A stretch of 64,000 nt of DNA from an uncultured Bacillota bacterium (GCA_949284445.1 CASDVP010000009.1:14609-78608); one strand, 5' to 3'. Positions 11,136 to 21,123 are shown, counted from the stretch's first letter. A program made the numbers and translations. Notes: generated from the sequence alone by a model not told the origin.

Positions 11136-12818
11136 ATGAAAAAGAATAGAATTGCACTTTTAGCCTTATATTCTTTATTGATTCCTTCTCTTTTTCTGAC
11201 ATCTTGCACTGATAATAGCAGTCAACCATCTTCATCTACTACAGAAAAAGATGAAATTCGATTAACCATCACTAGCACTGCCGAATATATCGGCCTTAAC
11301 GAATATGCTTATCTGACCACTTCTGATCAAAATGGGAATCCAGCAGATGTTGATTATTCATCTAGTGATAAAAAGATCGCAACTGTCTCTTCTACTGGAA
11401 CAGTTAAAGGTCTTTCTTATGGCGAGGTTGTTATCACTGCAACTAGTAAGGAAGATTCAAGCATTACAAGCTCTATCAAGATCACTGTCGGTGAATCCTT
11501 AACACTATATAGTGTTATAAGCAGGCTTTTAAAAGCTGATTCTTATAGAACGACATATACAGCTAGGTTCAAATATTTATTCACGACTTATAGTTTTAAT
11601 AATGTCGAAGACGTGAATAAAGATACCTATTACTTTGATGCTATCGATGAAAATGACTGGTTTAAAGATATCGGTTATGCTTCCAGAAATTATGAGACTT
11701 TTGAGTTTTCTAAAACTGGTGATAAAGTCTCTGATGCCATCTACTTAAGAAATTATTATGAAAACTATTCTGATTTTCTCTATTTAGCTACTGAGATGTC
11801 TGGTAACTATTATTCTTTAAATCCTGATGAAGATGGTATTTATGATTTAAAAAACGGTGTAGATACTTCTTTGTTTTTAAATCTTGTTTTTCAGAATGCT
11901 GATCTGCCTGTCAGTTTTAGTTTAGATAATGTTTTTAATGATATCACGGCGATCAGCGCTCAAGTCTTGGCAGTTGATTCATTTAAAATCGATATTCATT
12001 TTGATAAGGGAACTTATGCTTCTGAAGGATTTATCACTTTAGAATTTTCTGATTTTAATAATGTCGATTTATCGTATGTCGATGATTATTTAAAAACTAA
12101 TGAGATAGATGTTCCGACTACTGATGAAAGAATCTTAAGAATCCGTGAATTGATCGCCGATTATAATTACACTTCAAGCTTAGGAACTACCACTACTTAT
12201 GACGAGAATGATGAAATCACTGGCTCTATTTCTAATGGTGAGTTACATTTCACAAATGATTACCTTTACTTCAATTATTCGGATGAATATATAGACTATG
12301 TCAATTCAAATCAAACAGTTCAAAAATTGGTCAGAGGTGGTTATATCAATCTTTCAGATGGCGTCTATACTTTTTTAGTCGATGAAGATCAAAATATCAC
12401 CATTGATTCCAAATGGAACTATGTTGATGAAGAAGGAAAGCCATATACTCAGTATCAAGATTATTATCCTAATATAACTTTAGCCATGAATATGATCGCT
12501 GAAGAAAACAAATTATATTCATTTATTTCTGATTCGACTACTATGTTTGATGGTACGGAGTTTAAAAGTGATTCTTATGTTTCATTAAATATAGCTGCTC
12601 AATTAGATAATGAAGCATTAGAAGCTGGGGGCACTCCATATGGCTTGTATGTAGGCTTAAAAGATAATAGTGTTGATGAAGAAGCAGTAGTGGGATTAGG
12701 ATGTTCTTTTGTATTCAGTGATATGGGTGGTATTGTGATCCCTCCTATCTATACGACTTATACTGCTTTTGGTAAAGCTAATGTCGATTTTATCGATACA
12801 TATTTAGCTTCCTTATAA
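11136..12818 (+). CDS. Lipoprotein with an N-terminal Big_2-like domain.
   Basis: N-terminus MKKNRIALLALYSLLIPSLFLTSC (LTSC lipobox). Big_2-like segment: SSSDKKIATVSSTGTVKGLSYGEVVITATSKEDSSITSSIKITV. Confidence 0.7.
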   Translation: MKKNRIALLALYSLLIPSLFLTSCTDNSSQPSSSTTEKDEIRLTITSTAEYIGLNEYAYLTTSDQNGNPADVDYSSSDKKIATVSSTGTVKGLSYGEVVITATSKEDSSITSSIKITVGESLTLYSVISRLLKADSYRTTYTARFKYLFTTYSFNNVEDVNKDTYYFDAIDENDWFKDIGYASRNYETFEFSKTGDKVSDAIYLRNYYENYSDFLYLATEMSGNYYSLNPDEDGIYDLKNGVDTSLFLNLVFQNADLPVSFSLDNVFNDITAISAQVLAVDSFKIDIHFDKGTYASEGFITLEFSDFNNVDLSYVDDYLKTNEIDVPTTDERILRIRELIADYNYTSSLGTTTTYDENDEITGSISNGELHFTNDYLYFNYSDEYIDYVNSNQTVQKLVRGGYINLSDGVYTFLVDEDQNITIDSKWNYVDEEGKPYTQYQDYYPNITLAMNMIAEENKLYSFISDSTTMFDGTEFKSDSYVSLNIAAQLDNEALEAGGTPYGLYVGLKDNSVDEEAVVGLGCSFVFSDMGGIVIPPIYTTYTAFGKANVDFIDTYLASL

Positions 12819-12956
12819 CCTATCAGTTTCACTTGAAGAGTTTCTGATTTTTAAGGCTTCTTTTTGGCTTGTCAAAAATTCAAGAATTGAGCACAAATAC
12901 CTAAAGTAAAAATGAGTTATGTTGTATAATTTAATAGATTAAACGAGGAGAACATT

Positions 12957-14630
12957 TTGGCATATCAAGCATTTTATAACAAATATCGTCCACAGACTTT
13001 CGATGAAGTGGTCGGTCAAAAAGCGGTTGTCGCTACTTTGAAGAATGCGATCAAAGAAAACAAAATAGCTCATGCTTATCTATTTTGCGGTCCTAGAGGT
13101 ACTGGCAAGACAACGATGGCTCGTCTTTTTGCAAAAGCTTTAAATTGCAAATCCGGTATCGGTAATCAATGTAATACATGTGATTCTTGTCAAGCTATCA
13201 TCAAAGGTGAACATCCTGATGTCATCGAAATCGATGCTGCTTCTAATTCCACTGTCGATAGCGTCAGACAATTGATCGACAGCGTTTCTTATCAACCGAT
13301 TATGTCTAGATATAAAATTTATATCATTGATGAAGTTCACAACATGTCTAATTCAGCCTTCAATGCTTTATTAAAGACCTTGGAAGAGCCACCTTCATTC
13401 GTTGTTTTTATCTTAGCAACGACTGAACCACAAAAGATTTTGCCGACTATTCTTTCTCGCGTACAGAGATTTGATTTTTCAAAAGTGATGAAGAAAGATT
13501 TAATTTTTAATATGGACAGGATATTAAAGAATGAGCATATCACTTTTGAAGAAGGCGCATTAGACTTGATAGCGTCCTTATCGGATGGCGGTGTTAGAGA
13601 TTCTCTTTCATTGCTAGATCAAGCTGTTTCTTATAGCGGTGATAATCTGACTGTTCATGACGTGGATACTTTATTCGGATTGATGTCTATCGAAGATGAG
13701 ATTCATCTCATCAATTTGATTTCTGGAAAGAAAACCGATGAAGTGATCAAGCTCATTAAAGATAAATACGATAAAGGTATTGATATCATAAGATTACATA
13801 ACGATTTAATTGCTTTATACAAAGATGCTCTTATTTATTCGATCACTAAAGATTCTGGCTTGTTAGAAAAGGCTAATCTTGAACAGATCAAACTGATCAA
13901 AGATGATGTTAGTTCTTTAAACAGATACATCAAAGAATTGATCGTTTCAAAAAGAGATTATCGCACTGCTGATAATGTTTTTGCTCATTTTGAATTAGCA
14001 TTATTAGGTCTGATGACTGAAGAAACTTCACATCCTACAGTGATTCTTCAAAAAGAAAAAACTGTTGATGTAAATAGCATTGTAAAGAAAGCTCAAGAAT
14101 CTGAACAATTAAAAACTAAACCGGTCACTATAACTAAAACAAATGTAAAAAAAGGTTTTGAAGCTAAGAAAGTTGAAGAGATCAAAACTGAAGATAAAAT
14201 CGTTTATAGTGCTGATGAAATTTTGAATTTGATGGAGCAAGCCGATAAAGAAGAGAGGCTCAAGGTAGCTGGTAAGTGGGGACTATTACAAAATCTTTTC
14301 ACATCTAAAAGAGCTTATGAAGCTAGGGCTTTAGCCAGTTGTAAACTGCGTTTAGTCGCTAAAGATATCTTGCTGGTCACATCAAATTTGACTAGTGAGG
14401 TTAATAAGATCAATAACAAGAGTTCCCAAAATATATTGATGGATATTTCTCAAGAACTCTTCGGTAAGGCTTATCATATCTTGCCTATCCCTGATAAAGA
14501 ATTCATGGATTGTTATATGAGTTATAAAACAGGTAAAAAAGTAGATATTAGAGAGCCTAACATTGATTTTGGCACTGAAAAGAAAGAGTCTAATTCCACA
14601 CAATTTTTTGATGAATTGATGAATGGTTGA
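12957..14630 (+). CDS. dnaX: DNA polymerase III subunit gamma/tau.
   Basis: TTG start at 12957 with a GAGGAG RBS 6 nt upstream. The N-terminus MAYQAFYNKYRPQTFDEVVGQ matches the conserved DnaX N-terminus. It has Walker A GPRGTGKTT, the zinc module CxxC..C, and the IIDEVH box. It ends with TGA. Confidence 0.95.
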   Translation: MAYQAFYNKYRPQTFDEVVGQKAVVATLKNAIKENKIAHAYLFCGPRGTGKTTMARLFAKALNCKSGIGNQCNTCDSCQAIIKGEHPDVIEIDAASNSTVDSVRQLIDSVSYQPIMSRYKIYIIDEVHNMSNSAFNALLKTLEEPPSFVVFILATTEPQKILPTILSRVQRFDFSKVMKKDLIFNMDRILKNEHITFEEGALDLIASLSDGGVRDSLSLLDQAVSYSGDNLTVHDVDTLFGLMSIEDEIHLINLISGKKTDEVIKLIKDKYDKGIDIIRLHNDLIALYKDALIYSITKDSGLLEKANLEQIKLIKDDVSSLNRYIKELIVSKRDYRTADNVFAHFELALLGLMTEETSHPTVILQKEKTVDVNSIVKKAQESEQLKTKPVTITKTNVKKGFEAKKVEEIKTEDKIVYSADEILNLMEQADKEERLKVAGKWGLLQNLFTSKRAYEARALASCKLRLVAKDILLVTSNLTSEVNKINNKSSQNILMDISQELFGKAYHILPIPDKEFMDCYMSYKTGKKVDIREPNIDFGTEKKESNSTQFFDELMNG

Positions 14631-14641
14631 TGGAGGTGAAT

Positions 14642-14986
14642 ATGGAAGACGAGAATATCAAAAAAGCTGAACAAGCTACAAAAATGGCTATGCTTCAAGA
14701 CCGAGCTAAAGAATTTCAAGATAAAAATCGTGAATTGCAGAACAAAGAATATCAAGGACGTGTTCAAGGCATAAATATATCTATGAAAGGTGATTTTGTC
14801 GTCACTAATGTGCATATTGATCAAAGCTTTTATGAAACGGCAAGCAAGGGTCAAATAGAACTAGCTATCACTAAATGCCTAGCTAATTTACACACCGCAG
14901 TTGAAAATGATATTCAATTGTTAGCAAAGCAATTCCAAGACGAAATTGTTCGTATGCAAAAAGATAACACCGATGGAACATATTGA
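14642..14986 (+). CDS. ybaB: Nucleoid-associated protein YbaB/EbfC.
   Basis: ATG at 14642 follows a GGAGG RBS at 14632-36. The ORF track starts earlier at a TTG that overlaps the dnaX stop. The protein is about 114 aa and sits between dnaX and recR as in Firmicutes. Confidence 0.85.
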   Translation: MEDENIKKAEQATKMAMLQDRAKEFQDKNRELQNKEYQGRVQGINISMKGDFVVTNVHIDQSFYETASKGQIELAITKCLANLHTAVENDIQLLAKQFQDEIVRMQKDNTDGTY

Positions 14987-15584
14987 AACTATTAAAGAAC
15001 TGATAGCTTGTTATAAAAAGCTTCCAGGTATCGGAACCAAGACAGCTGAACGTTTAGCATACGCGACGCTTCGTTTGTCAAAAACTGATCGCGATGCTTT
15101 TCAAATCGCACTTTCTGATGTGGATTCAAAAGTTAAATTATGTCCACAATGCGGGACATATTTTGAAGATCGTTGCCCGATCTGTTCTGATCCAAAAAGA
15201 AACAAAAAACTTTTATTAGTAGTCAGTGATAGCAAAGATATTTTAGCTATTGAGAGGACGGGCACTTATAACGGCTTATATTTCACTTTGAATGGCAATC
15301 TTTCACCTTTAAAAAATAAAACAGCCAAAGATATCGGAATCGATGAGTTAAAAAAAAGAGTTGAAAGAGATCAGATAAATGAAGTGATTTTAGCTCTTCC
15401 AACATCATTAGAAGGAGAAACCACTGCTTTATATATAACTAATGTTTTAAAAGACGAACCAAATGTGAAAGTATCACGCTTGGCTTATGGCATTCCGATC
15501 GGAACAAACTTAGAATACTTGGATGAAATGACAATTTCACAATCTCTTAAAGGAAGAGTGGTTATCTCAGGAGAAAACAAATGA
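14973..15584 (+). CDS. recR: Recombination protein RecR.
   Basis: The internal ATG at 14973 gives MEHIETIKELIACYKKLPGIGTKTAERLAY, a conserved RecR N-terminus with a helix-hairpin-helix. It also has a C4 zinc finger (CPQCG..CPIC) and a Toprim domain. It overlaps ybaB by 14 nt, and its stop overlaps the tmk start in an ATGA arrangement. Confidence 0.9.
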   Translation: MEHIETIKELIACYKKLPGIGTKTAERLAYATLRLSKTDRDAFQIALSDVDSKVKLCPQCGTYFEDRCPICSDPKRNKKLLLVVSDSKDILAIERTGTYNGLYFTLNGNLSPLKNKTAKDIGIDELKKRVERDQINEVILALPTSLEGETTALYITNVLKDEPNVKVSRLAYGIPIGTNLEYLDEMTISQSLKGRVVISGENK

Positions 15585-16213
15585 ATAAAGGGCTATTTAT
15601 CACTTTTGAAGGATGTGATGGCTGTGGAAAAACCACGGTGATGAAATTAGTATGCGAACAGTTAGTAAAACAAGGTTATGATATTTTGCAGACGCGTGAG
15701 CCTGGCGGTAGCACTATCGCTGAAGAGATCAGAAGCATCATCTTAGATAAAAAGAACACCTTGATGGATTCTAGAACGGAAGCATTGCTTTATGCAGCTT
15801 CTCGAAGACAGCATTTAGTTGAAGTTGTCTTACCAGCTTTAAAAGAGAATAAAATAGTTATCTGTGACCGCTATTTGGATTCTTCTTTAGCTTATCAAGG
15901 ATATGCTAGAGGAATCGGCATTGATAACGTCATGTCTATCAATTCTTTTGCGATCGATAAGACGTTTCCACAGCTGACGATATTCCTTGATCTGACTCCC
16001 GAAGAAGGATTAAAACGCATCGCTAAAAACGATCAAAGAGAAGTCAATAGGCTTGATTTAGAAAAAATTTCATTCCATCAAAAAGTTTATGAAGGATATC
16101 AAATCTTGATCGAGCGTTATCCGGAGAGAATCAAAGTTGTTGATGCTCGAAAAGAGATCAAAGAAGAAGTTGATGATTGTATTAAATTGATATTAGAGAA
16201 AATAAATGGATAA
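15581..16213 (+). CDS. tmk: Thymidylate kinase.
   Basis: FITFEGCDGCGKTT P-loop, with DRY and LID motifs. AGGAG RBS 8 nt upstream. Confidence 0.9.
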   Translation: MNKGLFITFEGCDGCGKTTVMKLVCEQLVKQGYDILQTREPGGSTIAEEIRSIILDKKNTLMDSRTEALLYAASRRQHLVEVVLPALKENKIVICDRYLDSSLAYQGYARGIGIDNVMSINSFAIDKTFPQLTIFLDLTPEEGLKRIAKNDQREVNRLDLEKISFHQKVYEGYQILIERYPERIKVVDARKEIKEEVDDCIKLILEKING

Positions 16214-17195
16214 GACAACATTATTAAAAGCAGAGCCAAAATTAGCGAAGCTTTTTATCAATTCACGCAAGCAAAATCGTGTTGCTAATGCCTATCTTCT
16301 ATATGGAAGCAGGAATGCACCACTAAAAGAAACTGCTATTTATCTAGCAAAATCTTTAAGCTGTGAACAAGATTTGCTTGCTTGTGATAACTGCCCGAGT
16401 TGCAAAAGATTTAATAATGGGATCAGACCTGATTTCCATCTGATTGATGGTGAACAGAACACTATTAAAAAAGATGATGTCAAATCATTAGAAGCCGCTT
16501 TTTCATTATCAGCTTTAGAAAAGAATCATCGCTTGACATATGTCATCAACCGCATTGAAAATATCACTGAAGAAGCATCTAATTCTTTATTGAAATTCTT
16601 AGAAGAACCGAAAGAAGGACAAGTGGCTTTTCTTACCACTTATAACATACAGAAAGTTTTACCGACCATCCGATCGAGATCATTAGAGATCCGTGTAGAT
16701 CCTGTTTCACCGAAAGATTTCTATGAGAGCTTATTAGAGAAAGATTTTGTTTTAGAAAAAGGTGAACATAAGCACTTATCGATTACGGAAGCATTTGTTT
16801 TGAGTCGTTTTTATTCAAATATTGATGAAGTAGAACAGCTTTTAAAAGACGGCTTTTTTGAAACTGGTTTTCTAGCCGCTGAAGAATTTCTTAATGATTT
16901 AGTGGTCGATTATAAGAAAGCTTGCTTCACACTTTTGAAATCTACACAGCAGATAAAAGATGCTCAGTGTTATAATTGGTTATATCTGACCATCAATGAG
17001 ATTTTCACATTAACTTTATTAAACGATGAATCAGATAATCCATTCCAAGAGATCATCCGATCATTAAATGGTCATCGAAATGCTATCAGGGATGGACAAA
17101 AGATTATCAGTGAAGCTTTGGCTTTAAAGCAGATCAATCTCAATCAGACTTTAGTCATAGCTAGATTAGCTAAAGCAATTAACGAGGAATATTGA
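16206..17195 (+). CDS. holB: DNA polymerase III delta-prime subunit.
   Basis: It follows tmk as in the conserved Firmicutes order. It has an AAA+-like fold with a degenerate P-loop and a CxxC zinc module: CDNCPSC. Confidence 0.85.
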   Translation: MDKTTLLKAEPKLAKLFINSRKQNRVANAYLLYGSRNAPLKETAIYLAKSLSCEQDLLACDNCPSCKRFNNGIRPDFHLIDGEQNTIKKDDVKSLEAAFSLSALEKNHRLTYVINRIENITEEASNSLLKFLEEPKEGQVAFLTTYNIQKVLPTIRSRSLEIRVDPVSPKDFYESLLEKDFVLEKGEHKHLSITEAFVLSRFYSNIDEVEQLLKDGFFETGFLAAEEFLNDLVVDYKKACFTLLKSTQQIKDAQCYNWLYLTINEIFTLTLLNDESDNPFQEIIRSLNGHRNAIRDGQKIISEALALKQINLNQTLVIARLAKAINEEY

Positions 17196-17196
17196 T

Positions 17197-18318
17197 ATGA
17201 CAACTTTAATCGGAATCCCTTTTGATTTTGTTGGTATGACTTATTATTCCACCAACAAAGATGTTGAAATAGGTTCAAAAGTGGTTTGTACTACACCGCA
17301 TGGAACATTTATCGGAACTGTAGCTAAGATCAGAAAGCCTAGTGAAGAAGAATTAGAAAAAGCTGATTTTGATACGATTTTTCCTCCGGTAGATCGCATC
17401 GCTAATTTTCAAGATCTAGCTTTTGATAGAGAAGCTAAAGTTAAAGAAGCTGAAATTGCCAAGGTTACTCAGCAAGAATCAGATGAATTAAAGCTGAATA
17501 TGAATATTTTGAATGCCTATCTAGATCTATCTAGTGATAAAGCATTGATCACATTTACTTCAGATAACCGTGTGGATTTTAGAGAACTTGTCAAAATTCT
17601 GATCGGCATGTTCCATCTCCGCATCGAGTTAAGACAGATCGGCCCTCGCGATCAGGCTAAATTGATCGGTGGTATCGGCGCTTGCGGATTACCCATCTGT
17701 TGCTCGACTTTTCTAAATTCTTTTGATGGTATATCTATCGCTATGGCTAAAAATCAATTGCTAGCTATCAATATCCCAAAGCTTTCAGGTCAATGTGGAA
17801 AATTGATGTGCTGTTTAAAATTCGAAGATGAAGCTTATGCACAACTAAGACCTAATTTTCCTAAGATCGGTGATAAAATCACTTATCGAAAATCGGAATA
17901 TGAGGTGACTGGATTAAATGTTTTGAGCGGAATTATCACTGCTTATAATGGTGATAATTATGAAAACTTTACTAAGGAACAATATGAACGTGTTCAGCAA
18001 GGTTTAGATAAAGGCGATGAAGATGAATTGATCACTGATATGAATGCAGGAGTTGATTTATCAGGTAAAGGTATAGAAGATACCAAGCAAAGAATCGAGC
18101 AGATCAAACGCTCTGAAGAAAAACATTTAGAAGAATTGAAAAATAAAGCGAAGAAAGCTAACAATAATAACCGCAATCGAAATAGCCATAATAATCGTAA
18201 TGATTATCATCGCTATTCCAAGAATGTGAAAAAAGACACTGGTTTTATCCCAGTTTCTCAAATTGCAGATCGTGAGGTATTAAATGTCAAAGCCGTCAAA
18301 AACGATGAAAAAGAATGA
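17197..18318 (+). CDS. yaaT: PSP1-domain protein (YaaT/RicT-like) with a low-complexity basic C-terminal tail.
   Basis: GAGGA RBS. The position after holB is conserved. A cysteine cluster (GACGLPICCSTF, CGKLMCCLKF) is typical of the PSP1 C-terminal domain. The tail is N/R-rich: NNNNRNRNSHNNRNDYHRY. Confidence 0.8.
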   Translation: MTTLIGIPFDFVGMTYYSTNKDVEIGSKVVCTTPHGTFIGTVAKIRKPSEEELEKADFDTIFPPVDRIANFQDLAFDREAKVKEAEIAKVTQQESDELKLNMNILNAYLDLSSDKALITFTSDNRVDFRELVKILIGMFHLRIELRQIGPRDQAKLIGGIGACGLPICCSTFLNSFDGISIAMAKNQLLAINIPKLSGQCGKLMCCLKFEDEAYAQLRPNFPKIGDKITYRKSEYEVTGLNVLSGIITAYNGDNYENFTKEQYERVQQGLDKGDEDELITDMNAGVDLSGKGIEDTKQRIEQIKRSEEKHLEELKNKAKKANNNNRNRNSHNNRNDYHRYSKNVKKDTGFIPVSQIADREVLNVKAVKNDEKE

Positions 18319-19147
18319 TGCTAGTGAAGGACTAGTCGCATTAGTTTCAACACCGATCGGTAATCTTTCCGATATAACTTATCGAGCTGTAGATTATTTA
18401 AGAGAAGCTGATATCATCGCTTGCGAAGATACTAGAAACACGGGTGTATTGTTAAATCATTATCAAATAAAACCTAAAAAATTAATTTCGCTCTATGCCC
18501 AGACAGAGGCTAAAAATTCTGTCTCTTTAGTGAATGAAGTTAAAGAGAAAAAATTGAAATTAGCCTATTGCTCAGATGCTGGTATGCCTGGCATTTCTGA
18601 TCCTGGCTGTTTATTGATCAAAGAAGCTATCAAACAAAATGTGCATGTCACTGTCTTACCAGGTCCTAATGCTGCTTTGTCTGCTCTAGTTTTATCCGGT
18701 ATAGACACTGCTGATTTTTCATTTTATGGGTTCTTGCCGACTAAGGCTGGCAATATTAAGACTATTTTAAACAAAATAAAAGATAGACAAGAAACTTTAA
18801 TATTTTATGAATCACCAAATAGAGCAGTAAGCACCTTGCATATTATGAGAGAAGTTTTTGGTGATGAAAGAGAATTTGCTCTCGTCCGGGAATTGACTAA
18901 AATCTATGAAGAAGTGATCCGCGGGAAACTCGGTGATATCGACGAACTAGTCACAGATGTCAAGGGTGAATGCGTGATTGTTGTAAATGGTTTTCATGGT
19001 GAAAAAGAGATCGATGAACGCCAGTTAAAAAAAGAAATATCTCAATTATTAAAAACAGGTAAACCTTTAAAAGAATGCGCTAAAGAATTAGCTACTAAAT
19101 ACGATTTAAAGAAAAACCAAATATATAAATTAGGTTTAGATATTTGA
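18284..19147 (+). CDS. rsmI: 16S rRNA (cytidine1402-2'-O)-methyltransferase RsmI.
   Basis: LVSTPIGNLSDITYRA motif. GTGAGGT RBS 8 nt upstream of the ATG at 18284. An alternative ATG at 18305 lacks an RBS. Confidence 0.85.
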   Translation: MSKPSKTMKKNDASEGLVALVSTPIGNLSDITYRAVDYLREADIIACEDTRNTGVLLNHYQIKPKKLISLYAQTEAKNSVSLVNEVKEKKLKLAYCSDAGMPGISDPGCLLIKEAIKQNVHVTVLPGPNAALSALVLSGIDTADFSFYGFLPTKAGNIKTILNKIKDRQETLIFYESPNRAVSTLHIMREVFGDEREFALVRELTKIYEEVIRGKLGDIDELVTDVKGECVIVVNGFHGEKEIDERQLKKEISQLLKTGKPLKECAKELATKYDLKKNQIYKLGLDI

Positions 19148-19148
19148 T

Positions 19149-19997
19149 TTAGTCATGAGTGATATCGGCTTCTTGTTTATAATGGATTTGTGCTAGTTGG
19201 TCTTGGCAAGTCATCTTTTCGATGATCAATTTGACTATTTGTTCTAATTTGCTGTTTTCAGAATAATTAGCCTCACAGATGAAATCGACTCTTTCATCTG
19301 CAAATAATTTAGATGCTAATGGCTTTTTACCGCGTGAATAAACCGCGATTGATTGTCCACCTTTTTCTCTCACTAATTTCATGCAGGGAACATCAGTTAA
19401 TCCATCAGCGATATAAATCATATTTCTGAATGGGATTGTGCGTTCGGATTCCGGTGTAGGATCATTGATCTTATCGTTATCAGAAATATCTAGAACTCCC
19501 TTGTTGATACGGAAAAGAAATTGTGTTTTGGTGGTATAGTTAATGACGCTTTTTGGCCAGACGGCTACATCATTGATATAAAGGAATTCGCAAGCGAAGA
19601 TCTTTGTAAAATACTTTGAAATAGGAGATCCTTCTATTATTTCTTTATTTCCAGAAGAGATGACATAATGCTGAATCTCAACACCTTTATCTTCACCATA
19701 TTTATCGATTCTAGGAAACCAGGTGTCAACACCAGGGAATAGCTTTACATTAGCTCCCATCTGGACAAAGCTTTCACGATTGATAGGAAGGTTCTTTTTT
19801 TTAGCTTCATCAAGCATCAAATACATATAGGTCAAAAGAGAATCCATATGATATTCTTTTGACATCTCGTTGCATTTATTCCAAAACTCGGTCGGTTTAA
19901 TATTTAACGCAGGGATGAAAGAATAATTTTGCATATCAGTTGTGCAAAGAGTCTTATCGAAATCATAGAGGAGAGCTATTTTTGTTTTATAAGCCAT
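19149..19997 (-). CDS. HAD-superfamily hydrolase.
   Basis: I chose the start at 19997 (MAYKTKIALLYDFDKTL) because it has an AAGGAG RBS. The DxDxT motif I is LYDFDKTL, and the motif IV-like segment is IYIADGLTDVPCM. It is convergent with rsmI, and the two stops are 1 nt apart. Confidence 0.6.
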   Translation of the reverse strand: MAYKTKIALLYDFDKTLCTTDMQNYSFIPALNIKPTEFWNKCNEMSKEYHMDSLLTYMYLMLDEAKKKNLPINRESFVQMGANVKLFPGVDTWFPRIDKYGEDKGVEIQHYVISSGNKEIIEGSPISKYFTKIFACEFLYINDVAVWPKSVINYTTKTQFLFRINKGVLDISDNDKINDPTPESERTIPFRNMIYIADGLTDVPCMKLVREKGGQSIAVYSRGKKPLASKLFADERVDFICEANYSENSKLEQIVKLIIEKMTCQDQLAQIHYKQEADITHD

Positions 19998-20367
19998 ATG
20001 TTCTCCTTGTTTTATCATTATGTTGATGAAATGCTTTTTTCTTATTTTATCACAATTAGGGCTTATAAAACTAAATGTCTAAATAGATTGAATATTAATG
20101 GTCATTCAAGCAGTTTAATGTGATGGCTTTATCAAACCTAAGTCTTCTTTCTGATTAGGAGTTTTATTGATGTATTATACATACATGATGGGTATTTATT
20201 GGTTATAGTTAATATAAAAGATGATGAGACTTTTAAGCGGTAGAAATAGCGTAGCGCTTTCAACGGTCTATGTATATGAAAAAGCTCACAGTGTGAGATA
20301 TTTATATTGAAAATGGATTTTTTTATTTATAATATATATGTGTCTATGAAAGGAGACCTTATTCAAA

Positions 20368-21123
20368 ATGGAAACTTTTACTCCCAAAGATGTGCAAGTT
20401 ACTGAAAATGAAGTAAAACCGATAGTCTCATCTGCAGCCTTCCCGATGATAAAAGTGTTTTTATGGATGGGTTTAGGTTTGTTGATCACTGGCATCATAT
20501 CATTAGGATTACCAAATCTTTTAGCTATCATTCCATCTGAGGCTAGTTATACAACTTATGTCACTTTGATGATTATCTCAGCTATCATCATGTTTCCTTG
20601 CGTATTGATAGTTAATTTTAAGAGCCTTAAGCCTAAGTCGATCGGCATCAGAATAGCTTATATTCTTTATTCTATTGCTATCGGTGTTATGTTATCTTCA
20701 GTTTTTATGACCATTTTAGCTGTTGATGGTCCTAATGCTATCATGACAATTTCAATGGCTTTCTTGATCTCTGCTGGTTCTTTCTTATTAATGGGTCTTA
20801 TCGGTACTTTAACTAAGAAGAATCTCAGTATCCTGTATCCTTTATTAACTGCTTTATTGATGGGATGTTTGATCATCTCTTTAGTCAACTATTTCATCGG
20901 CAGCTCAATGGTTTATTGGATCACTGACTTCATTATTTTAGGAGTCATCTTAGTCATTTCAGCTGTTGATATTAATCGTGTGAAGAAACTTGCTCAAGCT
21001 AGAGTATTAGATGACAATCAAAATTCTTTAGCTGTCTATTGTGCTTTTAATCTTTACGTCGACTTTATCAATATTTTTATCAGAGTATTGATGTATATTT
21101 TTGTTTTTATGCGTCGTGATTAA
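20368..21123 (+). CDS. Multi-pass membrane protein, probably Bax-inhibitor-1/YccA family.
   Basis: About 7 predicted TM helices. An N-terminal cytoplasmic segment is followed by FPMIKVFLWMGLGLLITGIISLG, resembling the BI-1 family first helix. AGGAG RBS 12 nt upstream. Confidence 0.5.
   Translation: METFTPKDVQVTENEVKPIVSSAAFPMIKVFLWMGLGLLITGIISLGLPNLLAIIPSEASYTTYVTLMIISAIIMFPCVLIVNFKSLKPKSIGIRIAYILYSIAIGVMLSSVFMTILAVDGPNAIMTISMAFLISAGSFLLMGLIGTLTKKNLSILYPLLTALLMGCLIISLVNYFIGSSMVYWITDFIILGVILVISAVDINRVKKLAQARVLDDNQNSLAVYCAFNLYVDFINIFIRVLMYIFVFMRRD

Noticed and set aside
12819-12956. An SRP RNA (ffs) upstream of dnaX, as in the Bacillus scr-dnaX-ybaB-recR arrangement.
   Set aside because: The 138-nt intergenic region has no GGAAGCAGC-like helix-8 motif and no convincing long hairpin. 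I saw only a weak promoter-like TATAAT at 12925-30.
18305-19147. An alternative rsmI start at the ATG at 18305, which would shorten the overlap with yaaT.
   Set aside because: No purine-rich SD precedes 18305, whereas a GTGAGGT RBS sits 8 nt before 18284. I kept 18284, but either start is possible.
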